DNA of 64,000 bases. Origin: Camelus ferus (lineage: Eukaryota). The stretch is from contig NC_045696.1 in the NCBI RefSeq assembly GCF_009834535.1, positions 62,064,001 through 62,128,000 on the forward strand, given 5' to 3'. Below the pieces are notes generated by a model. The model saw only the letters and a program-made list of their open reading frames with translations, was not told the origin of the DNA and searched no databases. This document shows, in pieces, positions 27,780 to 41,110 of the stretch (positions are counted from its first letter, which is position 1; each line of letters opens with the position of its first letter). The position numbers and the translations under genes were made by a program.

Positions 27780-29760
27780 AAGGAGCTGGGTTTGTACAAA
27801 CTGGTTTTGGGTAATTTGTAACAATAATAATCAATCAAAATTCAAAACATCACCAACAAAAGAATTATACATACCTAGGAGGGTTTTGTGACTAAAGTAA
27901 GAAATAGGTTATATTAATTCAGTCAAGAAAAAACAGGCATAGGCTTATAAGAATAGCATAAAAGCAGGAGGGAGTGCTTAGAACTCAAATGTTCTAAGGT
28001 TCTTATGAGTTGTTCAGAATGAGGGGGAAATATATTTACTGAGTTTAGATTTTTGTAAGCTAAATATATATATTAAAATTTCTAGGATAACCATTAAAGG
28101 AAGAGAAACAGAGTAACTTCCAAACTAATAAGGAGAAATGCGATGAGAAAATAAAATCTAAAAGAAGACACAGAAGGAATAAATGCTTTCCATGTTTAGA
28201 AAGTAAGAAACATGCTTCTAAACAACTCATGGGACAAAGAAAAAAATCATAATGGAAATAAAAGAAAACATTTGAGTGATGAAAAACACTGCATATTAAA
28301 ACCTATGGGATACAGCTAAAGTGTTATTTAAAGGAAAATTTACAAACTCAAATACCACTAGAAAAGGCTGATAACGCAATAGGCAACCAACTTGAGAAAC
28401 CAGGGGAAAAAAATCTGCACAGAATAAACTCAAAGAAGGCAAAATAAAGTAAAATAATAATGATAAGAGAAAGGGGAAAAGGTAAAAAGGAAAACTGTCT
28501 CTGTCACTAACAGCCAACCGATGTTTTTCCCCTGTGTATGTATCATTTAGCCTCCCGAGGGAAGATTGGACTGCTTCTGCCAAACACAATCTTTAATTGA
28601 TATGTAGGCTATCCACACACTTATATGAACATGTGTGTATGAAGGGGGATGGAGGTGACAGCACATGGGGGAGGGACACAGGAGATCTTTTAAAAAGACG
28701 TGGGTTCTTCGAAATTGACCATCCTTTGGCAAGAACGATCAAGGAGGGGGAGTCATAAATAAACAATATTAGGCATGAAAAGGGGGTTACACCTAAATAT
28801 GCGACAGACATAAAAAAATAATAGGATGTTGAGGCTACTTTGAAGTTAAGTATGAAATGGACAAATTCCTAGAAAAACTATCAATAGAAAATCTGAATGG
28901 TACTAAATAACCATTAAAATTTTTAACCAGTAATATGATATCACCCTTCAAAGAGAATTACAAAACCCATTTTAAGGTTTACTAGTAAGAAATGATCCTT
29001 ATACACAATACATACAACTAACAAAGGATTAGTATCCAGAATATATAGAGAACTTGTACAAATCAGTAAAAAAGACAATCCAATACAAAAATGAGAAAAA
29101 AAGTCTTGAGAGGGTATGTCATAGAACAAGAAGCCTGAATGACCAATTTTATCAGTGAAATGGACACTAAAATCACAATGAGATACTACTTCAATGGCAA
29201 AACAATACCAAGTATTGCTGAAAATATAGGTCAATTAAAGCTGTTACACGTTGCTGTTGAAAATGTAAGTTAAACAACCATTTGGAAAATAATCTGGTGT
29301 TATCCACAAAATGTGTATACATAACCAAAGTTTTGAATAGCACTTTTCATACTAGTACTAATCTGAAAATAACTCAATATCCATCAAAAATAAGATAAAT
29401 TATATCTTTATTTATCTTATAAAAATAAGATAAATAGAAAACTCTAGAGCAATGAAAATAATGAATCTTGGGAATATAATGTTGAGTAAAAAATGCAATT
29501 AGAGATTATATACAGTATAATTCCAATTATATAAAATTCAAAACAGGCAAAAGAAATATATTAATTAGAAATCTAAATACATGAAACCAGGATTGTGGTT
29601 ATTTCTGAGGGGAGAGACAAGGTGATGGGATCAGGTAAGGCCACATACTGGACTCCAAAGATACTGTTAATGCTCTTTTTCTGTACTGTACCTACTAATT
29701 TTTTTTGAAGTTTAAAAATATTTTAATGTGGGTATTTGAAATACAAAAGTTATTTCCTTC
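27780..29760 (+). mobile_element. Highly degraded, fragmented old LINE-1
   Basis: A-rich ORF2 remnants (aaaacctatgggatacagctaaag, gaaatggacaaattcctagaa) and 3' UTR-like sequence. Confidence 0.7.
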
Positions 29761-29988
29761 ATGAAAAATTTTAGAGTTCAAGACAATGTCACTGAATAAA
29801 ATTCACTTATAAAATATATATTTTTAAAATGTTTTCAAATGCTAATAATTATGAAATTTAACTACAAAACCAGAAACAATCAAGGGGGGAAAATCCTACA
29901 TGAAAGAATCATTCTCTCTGAGCATGAGCTATATTAGTAACAAAAGTAATATATAATTCATAGCAACCAAATAAAGTTATTATCTTAC

Positions 29989-30153
29989 CTTTATTGGTGA
30001 AATATGAGAGTGAGAAACAAATCCATGGACATTCTCAATTTCTGACAGGTTCTTCTCTGAGACATGAACCAATTCTGGACCTATCACCTCATTAGTGATT
30101 TGTGGAGAAATGTGCTCTTGAGGAGGTGTATCTTCATCCTGATACCGGTATTT
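29989..30153 (-). CDS. DLG1: DLG1 coding exon [11 protein letters not shown]...HISPIK (55 aa)
   Basis: 165 nt, phase 0/0, acceptor tcctatactttacag|AAA with upstream ttaat branch-like motif, donor AAG|gtaaga. Translation matches the recalled DLG1 sequence. Confidence 0.98.
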
Positions 30154-30371
30154 CTGTAAAGTATAGGAAATTATTAAATGATGAAGCTTTGAAAAGCAGT
30201 ATGAGTTCAATTCAAATCATGATTTTCATAACTACCCTAATACTCAATACTATTTAACTGTATGCCAAGTGTATTTTATGGTTTAATACATAAAGTCTGA
30301 GAGAAATGGTTCTCCATTTTAAAGTCATGTCAATATTTTTAAAAATTTATCTAATTACTAAAAATAATTCA

Positions 30372-32960
30372 GATTCTGGGAAGATGGTGAAGTAGGAAAC
30401 ACAAGGAATCTGTCTCCCTACCTAAACAATAATTGCATAGGCATAATCTGTCTGATGTGATTTTGGAATTCTGGAGTCTGTTGAAGGCTTGCAACTTAAG
30501 GGGAAAACTTGGACATATACTGTGTCTAATTTGGATCAGTTTTACCACTTGTATTCAACATGGTATTGGCAGTCATAGCCAGAACAATTAGACAAGAAGA
30601 AATAAAAGGGATCCAATTAGAAAGGAAGAAGTAGTATTACCTCTGTCTTATACTGTAAAGATTCAGCATAAAAGCAGTCAGAACTACTGAACTTAGCAAA
30701 GCAGTGGGATACAAAGTCAACACACTGATGTCAGTTGCATTTCTAAACAGAAACAATCTGAAAATTATAAAAACAATTCCATTTACAATAGCATCAAAAA
30801 GAATAAAATGATTAGGAATGAACTTAGCCAACAAGATGAAAGACTTGTGTAATGAAAACTCCAAAACACTGCTGAAAAAAATTAAAGACAACAGAAATAA
30901 ATGGAAACACATCCCATGTTCATGGACTGGAAGATTTATTACTATGTGAAGATGTCAATACTACTTAAAGCAATTTACAGATGTAATCCAATTCCTATCA
31001 AAACCCCAATGATATTTATTGCAGAAACAGAAAAACCCATCCTAAAATTCATGTGGATCTCAAGGGATTCAAATAGCCAAAATAACCATGAAAGAAAGAA
31101 AAAAAAAAAGATGGAGGACTCACTCTATCTTATTTCAAAGCTTACAACAAAGCCACAATAATCAAAAGTTTGGTACTGGCATAAAGACAGACATATAAAC
31201 CAATGGAATGAAATAGAGAGTCCAGAAATAAACCCTCACATACAAAGTCAAGTTATTTTTCATAAGGGTGCCAAGACCATTTAACAGAGAAAGACAGTCT
31301 TTTCAGTAAATGGTGCTGGGAAAACTGGATATCCACATATAAAAGAATGAAGTTGGACCCTTATCTAATACTATATACAAAAATTAACTCAAGGTGGATC
31401 AAGGACCTAAATGTAAGACCTAAAACAATAAAACTTCTAGAAGAAAATATAGCACAAAAAGCTTCATGACATTCCATTTGGCCATGATTTCTTGGATATG
31501 ACACCAAAGGCAAGAAGTAACAACAGAAAAAAATAGACAAATCTGGCCTCATAAAAACTGAAAAAAAATCTGTGCATCAAATGACACTATTCACAGAATA
31601 AAAAGGCAACCCATAGAATGGGAACAATGTTTACAAATCATATGCCTGATAAGGTATTAATATCCAGAATATATAGAAAACTCCTAAAATTCAACAAAAA
31701 ATCCCAAACAACTCAATTCAAAAATAGGCAAAGAACTTAAATAGATATTCCTCCAAAGATGATATACAAATGGCCAACAAGCACATGAGAAGATACTCAA
31801 CACCATTAACCATTAGGGAAATGCAAATCAAAATTATGAGATACCACCTCACAACCACTGGAATGGCTACTATCAATAAGGGTGCTTCCAGGGTTTCAAC
31901 CCTGAGTTGCCACTCCTCCCAGGCACACCTTGGAACCTAGCTGCCCAGAGACAAGATCCACACAACCCTCTGAGGCGTAGGCGCTATTGCAAACCTAATT
32001 CTATAGATGAGGAGACTGAGGTTCAGAGGTTACAAGACAAGCCAAAGGACCCAGCTAGGAAGCGGCAGCGCCAGGCTTAGAACCCGAGTGTAACTGATGC
32101 CAACACCATTGCTTCTCATGATAAGGAAACTGAGGCTCAGAGAGGCGAGGAAATGACTCATCCAAGGTCACATAGGTTACTACAAGATACTGAATATAGT
32201 CCCTGTGCCATACAGAACAAACTTGTTGTTTATCTATTTTATATATATTAGTTAGTATCTGGGGGAAAAGAAAAAAACAAAGTAAGTGTTGGTAAGGATA
32301 TAGAGGAAATTGTACACCATTGATGGGAATATAAAATGGTACAGCTACTGTGGAAAACAGTATGGTGTTTCCTCAAAAAACTGAAAATACAATTACCATA
32401 GACCCAGCAATTCCACTTCTGGGCATATACCCAAAACAATTGGAAGCAGAGTCTTGAAGAGATATTTGTACACCAGGGTTCACAGGAGCATTATTCACAG
32501 TAGATAAAACATGGAAGAAGCCCAAGTATGTCAATGGATGAATGGATAAGCAAAATGAGGTATATACATACAATGGAATATTATTCAGCCTTAAGGAAGG
32601 AAATTTTGCAATATGTTATGTGGATGAGCCTTGCAGACATTATGTTAAGTGAAATAAACCAATCACAAAAAGACAAATACTGTATAATTCCACTTTCATG
32701 AGGTACTTACAGTGGTCAAAATCATAAATACAGAAAGTAGAATGGTGGTTGCCATGGGCTGGTAGGAGAGGAAAATTGTGAGTTACTGTTTAATAGGTCT
32801 AGAATTTCAGTTTTACTAGATTAAAAGTTATAGGGATGGATGCTGTTGATGGTTGCACAACAATGTGGATGTATTTAATACCACTGAATCAGAAACTCAA
32901 AAATGGTTAAGGTAATAAATTATGTTATTTGTATTTTATGCCACAATAAAAAAAATACAA
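30372..32960 (+). mobile_element. LINE-1 (L1MB-like): 5' tip fused to distal ORF2 and 3' UTR, with a nested insertion
   Basis: 5'-end-like gggaagatggtgaagtagg at about 30378, ORF2 remnants from about 30545 ([18 protein letters not shown]), and a 3' UTR ending aataaaaaaaa near 32945-32955. Confidence 0.85.
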
Positions 32961-35224
32961 ATAAGAAATCAAAACTAGGTGAAAAAAAAATCTGAATACT
33001 GATTTGTCCATTTTTAACCTAATGTTAGCTGAACACTGTATCTCTAAAGATATAGTTGTTTAAGTGAAGTCAACATGAAAAGCCAAAGTTGCTCAGCTAA
33101 ATTAGTCTGGTCTTATTCAATTAACTTGTTCAAAAATTGGAAAAAAAAATCATCCTTTTTAAATTTTAACTTGAAATTAGTCCATTAGATAACAATTTTT
33201 TTTCTTTTACCTATAAAAGAACCCTTGTCTCTTTCTCTCTGTTGTGCACATACCCAAGTATTCTATTTTTAAAAGATTAACATAATTTTAAGAAAACCAA
33301 ATCTACCTCACACCATACACAAAAGTAAAGGAAATCATAATTATAGGAACTGGGAGAAAATAAAACTTCATGTTTCTCAATCCAGGCTGGGAACGTGTAT
33401 GCACATAAACAAAACCAAAACAAACAGATACCACCCTTGCCCCAAATTAAACACACTTATAAAGAAAAGACACAAACGACGCAACAGAAAAAAAATGTTT
33501 ATAACTACAAATAGGATTATTAGCCACTATAAGCTGGCTTTTATAAATCATTAAAAAGAAAGAATCAGCAAACATAATAAAGGGATACTCACAAAAGGCA
33601 TATAAATGGATCAGCAAACTTAAAGAAAAACATGTTCAACTTCTTTAATAAGTAAAAATTACAGAGCGAACATTCAGAGAAACAGGCATAAATCATCACA
33701 TTTCTGGTAGAGGTCTTTTTCTAGTGGGCAGTCTGGCAACATGTTTCAAAAGCCCTGAAAATGTTTCTGCTCCTTCTAGTAATTCCACATCTAGGAAATA
33801 ACCTTAGAAGATACAGCATTACTGAGGAGTATAAATAGTTGTTGTATACAAACATGAAGATTGTAAAATATATTTTAAAAAATTTAACTATGAATTTGAC
33901 TCATGAAAGTTACTACACAACTTCTAGCATCACTTTTTAAACAACATCCTTCTGTGAAATAGTACAATTACATGGAAAACAACAATCAAGCCCACATCAA
34001 CATCAGCCAGTTTATTTAACATGATATGAGAAATCTGTTTTTACATGTAAGACTTCAATTATTTTTCAAAACAAATGAAAAGAATTCACTAACTTTCTCC
34101 TGAGTAAGGCTGAAGTTAATATAAATACTTATAAAACTTAACACAGTTTATATACTCAATTGAGTGGAAGCACAATTTAACTATTCTTATTATACTTTAG
34201 TATTAGATACAATATAAAGAAGGAAACACGATAACCATCTTTTCAAACTTTAAGGATACTCCACAACTTCAAGAAGAGAAACATGCAGAAGGATATTCAC
34301 TATACTATGGTCTGGAATAAAGAAAAATTGGAAACAAGCTGCCTATAAATAGATTTTTTAAAAGGCTAAATAAATTATGGTACAGTCATCCTAGGAAATA
34401 TTATGTAGAAGTTAAATTAGGTAAAGAACTACTACTTCTAACAGGAAAAGATGAAGACACAATTACTGAATGAGGAAAGCACGTTTCAAAGCTAACACAT
34501 GCAGAGTTTGAACATTTTAAAACAAAGCAATAGTGTATTTTTATATGTGTCTGTATGTATAAGCATTATATGCATATGCATTATGCGTGTGTGAGGCATA
34601 TCCATGAATGTACATATGTAATTTGGGATGGTTGAAAAAATTTCAAACGAGAAATGGTTCATTCTGAAAAGGAAAGAAATGAATTACTAAAAATTTTATG
34701 TCTTTTAAATATCTTTTAAAGTGTTTAAGTTGCCCCTTAATCCTTTTTTATTCCTTATAATTACTGAGAAACTCAAGGCATTTAACCTGTAGGTTTCCCA
34801 GTAAAATCAGTCCATATTCATGGGGCCATTATGTGGTCCTTTGGCTCTGTACTTCCTGCAAATTGGCAGCTGAATGCAAAGGCTTGATCATTCTCATGAT
34901 CAGTCCTTTTAGCAAGACTTTTGATAGTACTGTGTTCTTCTATCAAGAAGTACATAATGTCTGGTTATATTCTTTTGTGCTATTAGCAGCTCTTGATACT
35001 CAATGCCTAAATCAATTCATTCACTGAGGGTTGCAAAATGGTAACAGTGTAATTTTATTATTTCTTTTTCATTTATTAAATGGCATTAAATGGTATACAC
35101 GCCCACACACACACACACTTGGAAAAAATACTTGACTTTCTTCTTTTATCTGCCAGTTTTCAGGATAGATGAAAAACTGCTTCCATATCATCCTCCTGAA
35201 GGAATTAGGAGATTTTTTTATTTA

Positions 35225-36600
35225 TCACTCAATGCAATCGCAATCAAAATCCCATCTGGCTTTTTCCAGAAATCGACAGGCTGACCCTAATATCCATAAA
35301 GAGTTGCAAAAGACTCAGAATAGTCAAAACAGTCTTGAAACAGAGTAACGTGGAGGAACCACACTTTCCAACTGCAAAACTTCCTTCAAAGCTCTATGAA
35401 TCAAGACTGTGATACTGGCGTAAGAATAGACATAGGCAGTGCAATAGAATTAAGAGTCTAGAAATATATCCTTAGATTTATGGTCAATTGGTTTTTAACA
35501 TGAGTACCAAGACAATTTAAGGGGGAAACAACAACTTTTCAATAAAATGATATGGAGACACCTGGATGCAAGAGTTAAATGAGACCTCTTTCTCATACCA
35601 TATATAAAATTTAATTCAAAATGGACCTAAATACAAGAACTAAAGCTATAAAACTCTTAGAAGAAGACTTAAGTGTAAATCTTTGTGACCCTAGATTAAG
35701 CCAAAGGTTTCTTAGGTATAACATATAAAACAGAAACAACCAAAGGGGGATTAAAAAAAAAAAACAGGTAAGTTTGACTTCATACAAATAAAAAAAATTT
35801 GTTCATCAAAGGACACTACCAAAAAAGTGACAAGATAACCCATAGATTAGGAGAAAATATTTGCAAATCGTATTTTTGATAAGGATATCCACAATACAGT
35901 ATATAAGGTTAAGTATCTGATAAATATACAGAATACAGAAGGAACTCTTTCAACTCAACAATAAAGACAATCCAATTATAAAATGGGCAAAGGATTTAAA
36001 CAGACATTTCTCCAAAGATGGCATACAAATGGCCAATAGGTACATGAAGCGATGTTCAACATCATTAGTCACTGCAGAAATGCAAATCAAAACCACAATG
36101 AGATATTACTTCACAGCCGCCAGGATGGCTATAATCAAAAAGACTGACAATAATACATGTTGGTAAGTATTTAAAGAAATGGGAACCCTCAGACAGTGCT
36201 GGGAGGAATATAAAACAGTGCAAGTACCCTAGAAAGCAGTTTGGCAGTTCCTCAAAGGGTAAAAAGAGTTACCGTATGACTGAGCAATTCTATTCCTAGG
36301 TATATACTCAAGAGACTTGAAAACGTGCATCCACGCAAAAACTTGTACACAAATGTTCATGGTATCACTATTTATAATAGCCCCAAGGTAGAAACAATCC
36401 AAATGTGTATCAATTTGTGAATGAATACACAAAATATGGTATACCCATATAATGGAATATTATTCAGATATGAAAAGGAATTAAGTATTTATACATCCTA
36501 CAACATGGAACTTTGATAACATTATGCTAAGTGAAAGAAGCCAGATGCAAAAGGTCACATACTGTATAATTCCATTTATATGAATATATGTTCAGAACAG
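35225..36600 (+). mobile_element. LINE-1 ORF2 end / 3' UTR fragment
   Basis: aatgcaatcgcaatcaaaatccca, cagacatttctccaaagat, aatggaatattattcag. Confidence 0.88.
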
Positions 36601-36902
36601 GCAGTTTTTTAAAGCAATCAATCAGATGATATAATGAAATAAAAGACTGTATTTGCAATAGAAGCAAAAAAGATATGCTCAGGAATTAATAAACCTAAAA
36701 TATACAAATATCCAACTTAACCAAACACAAAGATATACCATGTTCTTGGCAAAGAAAGCTAAGAAGTAAATAATTAACTTAAAAGAGAGTATTTTTAAAA
36801 ATTCAAACTCCAAAAAGAGGCAAGAAAAAGAGAACAAAGCAGCCAAAGAGAAAGTACAAAGAGAAAACAAATAATTTTTCAAAATAATAAATAAAAAGAG
36901 CA

Positions 36903-37034
36903 GGGGGAAGGGTATATAGCTCAGTGGTAGAGTACGTGCCTAGCACGCATGAGGTCCTGGATTCAGTCCCCAGTACCTCCATTAAATAAACAAATAAATC
37001 CAATCACCCTCCCCCAATTTAAATAAATAAATAA
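36903..37034 (+). mobile_element. tRNA-derived SINE, camelid Vic-1-like
   Basis: Pol III A box TAGCTCAGTGG (36917-36927), B-box-like GGATTCAGTCC (36959-36969), (TAAA)n tail. Confidence 0.85.
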
Positions 37035-37819
37035 GGCAGATCTTAATCTAATCTTATTGATAACTACAGTAAATGTAAGTAGATTTAAAACACTATAATT
37101 AAAAAGTAGAGTTTATCAGAATGAAGAAGAAAGCAAGAGATGTACTTTATAAAGACAGACAAGGTGAAAATACATGAATTAAAAAAAGATATCCTATAAA
37201 TTGTAAGCATAAGAAAACTGGAGTGGCTACACTAATATCTGATAAGACAGTTCAAGACAAAGAGTACTACCTAAAGAGACAGTGATATATCAAAATGATA
37301 GAATTTAATTCACCAGGAAGATAAAACCACCATAAATGTGTGCACCTAATCACAGGGCCTTAAAAAACACAAGCAAAAACAAAAATAATTAAAGGGAGAA
37401 ACAGACAATTCCATAATCTTAGGAAGAGATCCTTGATCAGCAGTTGACAGAACTATATAAATATCAGTAAACACAGATAACCTGAATAAACTATCAACCA
37501 TCTTGATCTAATTGATATTTATAGCACACTATACTCAACAACTAAAGAAAACACATTCTTTTTGTTGTACATGATACGTTTGCCAAGACAGACCATATGC
37601 TAACTCATGTAACAAGTCACAAATTTAAAAGGATTTTAATCATAAAGAATTTTTTTCTTTGATTACAACAGAACTAACCTGGGAACAAATTATAAGATAC
37701 TTAGTTAAAACTTCCGTATGTCAAAAAAGAACTCAATAAGGACATTTGAAACATTTTGGAACTGAATGATAATGAAAATAAAACAGATTAAAACTTGTAG
37801 AATGACACTAAAGCAGTGC

Positions 37820-38429
37820 TGTGTAGTAAAGAATTTAACTTTGCCCGAAGAGGTTTGGCCTCTGTCCTCAGCTCCTGGAATCTGTAAACCCTTGGAATGT
37901 CCTGCCTGATACGAACGTCTTTGTCAATCTGGGGGCTCTGTGACATGTCAGATAGTACAACAATGTAATTTATGGTGGAGGGTTTGGATCACACATTATC
38001 AGTTTAACAACTTTAGGAGGGGCTGGAGACAAGTAAACATCATGAGCAGACACCTACATAGATGTGATCTGGCTCCAATAAAAACTTGAGACACCAAGGC
38101 TTTGGTGAGTTTCTCTGGTTAGAAATATTCAGTGTGTGTTACCACACATTGTTGCCAGAAGAGTTTAAATTGTCCATTACTCCACACAGAGAGAACAACT
38201 GGAAACTCATTTATAACTCTCTCTGACTCTACCCCATGTATCTCTCCCCTTGCTGATTTTAATCTATATCCTTCATTATAATAAATCACAATCACAAGTA
38301 TAACTGCTTTCAATTAGTTCTTTGAGTCTTCTATTGAATTACTGAACATAAGAGTGGTCTTGGGAACCTTAAACCTGCAACTCATGTCAAAAGTAAGCAT
38401 GGTCTTGTGGACTGTTCCTTAAGTTTACA
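37820..38429 (+). mobile_element. Solo ERVL-type LTR (MER77-like)
   Basis: TG...CA ends and a near-perfect 5-bp TSD agtgc/agtac. The host L1 reads through when it is removed. Confidence 0.8.
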
Positions 38430-40658
38430 AGTACTTTGAAGGAAATTTGTAGCTTTAAATGTTTACACTAGGGAAGAAAGTCTAAAAGCAGTGACCTAAG
38501 AATTCACCTCAAGAGGCTACAAAAAGAAGATTAAAGTAAACCCCAAAAAGAAGAGAACGAAGAAAATAATAAAGGACACACAAATAAATGAAGTAGAAAA
38601 CAGACAATTGAGAATATTTCGAAAGTCAAATATCAACAAAATGAATAAACCCTTTTTCTAGACTGATAAAGGAAAAAGAATGCAATCGCCTACATCAAGA
38701 ATTAAAGAGAAATTCTCACTAAAAACACCTATATACTTTAAAAAGACAAGAAAATAATTACGAACAACTTTAGGCCAAATAATTCAACAGGTTACATGAA
38801 ATCAAGAAATTCCTTAGGGAAAAAAAAAAGAAATTCCTTGAAAAATACTTCTTACCACACACAATATTCTGACACAATACGAAAACAGTAAATCTGAGGG
38901 CCCCATATCTATTTAAGAAATTGAATTTGTTATCAAAATTCTTCTACAGAGAAGACTCCAGGCCTAAATGTGACTTCTACCAAACATTTAAGAAAGAAGT
39001 AACATTTTTACACAAATTCTTATAAAAAAGAGAACATTTCCCAACCAGCATAAGACCAGCATAGCCTTAATACTAAACTCTGACAAAGACATTATAGAAG
39101 AAAATGATGAACCAATATCCCTCACGAACACATGCAAAATTCTTTTTAAAAATTAGCAAATTGAATATGAAAGTGATAATCCAAACAACATATCATGACT
39201 AAATAAAATTTATCATGAAGACAAGGTTAGCTTAACATCTGAAAAAAACAGTGAAATTCTCCATGTTAACAGAATAAGAGAAAAACCATACGATCATTTC
39301 AAGACATATGGAAAAAATATGACTCAATTTAACATTAATTCATGATAAAATTCTCGGCAAACCAAAAGTCCAGAACAATCTCAATCCAAAGAGCATATAC
39401 AAAACCCCCACAGCTAACACATCTAATGGTGAAATGCTGAACATTCCCCTCATTAAGATAGGGAACAAAACAGAATTCTCATGCTTCTTATTTCTACCAA
39501 CATTATTGCTGAATATCCTAACCATGGCTAGAAGACAAGTAAAAGAAATAAAAAGCATAAAAGCCAGTAAAGAAGAAATAAAATTGTCTCTATTTACAAA
39601 TGACATGATTGTTTACACTAAATATTTATAAAGAATTTACGAAACTACTAAAACCAATAGTCAAATTTAACAAGGTTGCAGGACACTAGGTTAATCAATC
39701 AAATTGTATTTTTATACCAAAAGCAAATAACTGAAAATCAAAAACTTTCTAAAAATTCCACTTACATCAACACCAAAAAAGATAAAAAATTTAGGAATAA
39801 ATTAATAAAAGATGTCCAAGACACTTCACTGCAAATTATAGAGTACTGCTAAAAGAAATTAAGACCTAAAGAAAGAGAGAGACGTAATATGTTTCTGGGT
39901 TGGAAGACTCAATTGTTAATTTTCTTCAAATAATCTATAGATTCAATGGAATTTCAATAGTAATTCCAGCACTCTTTTTGTAGAAACTGATAAACTGACT
40001 GCAAAATGTTAAAATGTAGATGACTTGGAATAGCCAAACCAAATTTTAAAAAGAACAAAGTTGAAAGGCTTACAATACCTGATGTCAACATAGTGTGGTA
40101 CTGGCTAAAAGGTGGACAGATTTATCAATGGAACAGAATACAGAGTTCGAAAATAAATTCACACATATATGATTCATTCATTTTTGACGAAGTGCAACAG
40201 CAATTCATGAGGGATGGAAAAGGCTTTTCAACAAACGATGCAACAACTGGATATTCATATAGAAAGACACTAACACTGACCCTTACCTCACCTCACATGC
40301 AAATTAATTCAAAATGGACCACAGACCTAAAAGTAAAATCTAAAATCATAAAACTTCTAGAAGAAATGTTCTCCATATAAGAAAAAAATTGCAAACTTTG
40401 GGTAGAAAAAGACTTACTATATAGAACACAAATAACACAATAATAAAAACATCTGACAAACCGGGCTTTATTAAAATGTTTGCTCTTCAAAATCATCAGT
40501 AAGGAAAGTAAAAGGCAAACTACAAAATGAAAGAAAAGATTTGCAATAAATAAATCTGACAAAGGATTCAGATCTGAATATATAAAGATCTTTAAAACTC
40601 AATAGGAAAACAAACAATTCAGGTTTTTAAACTGGGGACAAGTTTATATAACACTTCA

Positions 40659-41110
40659 TGTATTAGTTTGCTAAGGCTACTATAACAAAGTACCAAAAGA
40701 CGGGTGGCTTGAACAACTTAAACAACAGAAATTTATTATCTCACAGTGCTGGAGCCTAGAAGTCTGAGATCAAGATGTCAGCACATCCAGTTCCTTATGA
40801 GAATTGTAAAGAAGAATCTATTCTATGCTTCTTTCCTGCTTCTGGTGGCTTGCCGGCACTCTCTGGCATTCCTTAGCTGTGGATGCATCACCCAGATCTC
40901 TGCCTTGATCTTCACATGGCATTCTTGCTGTGTGCCTGTCTCTATGTCCAAAATTTCCCTTGTTATAAGAACACCAGCCATATTGGATTAGTGCCCACCC
41001 TAGTCAATTTGATTACATCTGTAGAGACTCTATCTCCAAATTAAGGTCACATTCTGAGGTCACAGGGGCTAGGACTCCAACATATCTGTTTCTCTGAGAA
41101 GACACAGAAA
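40659..41110 (-). mobile_element. MaLR LTR (MLT1C-like)
   Basis: tgtattagtttgctaaggct...aacaacagaaatttattatctcacag...aaggtcacattctgagg, flanked by cttca/cttcg. Confidence 0.88.

Noticed and set aside
36903..36978. Possible tRNA gene
   Set aside because: The B box and arms are diverged and a SINE tail follows, so it is a tRNA-derived SINE.
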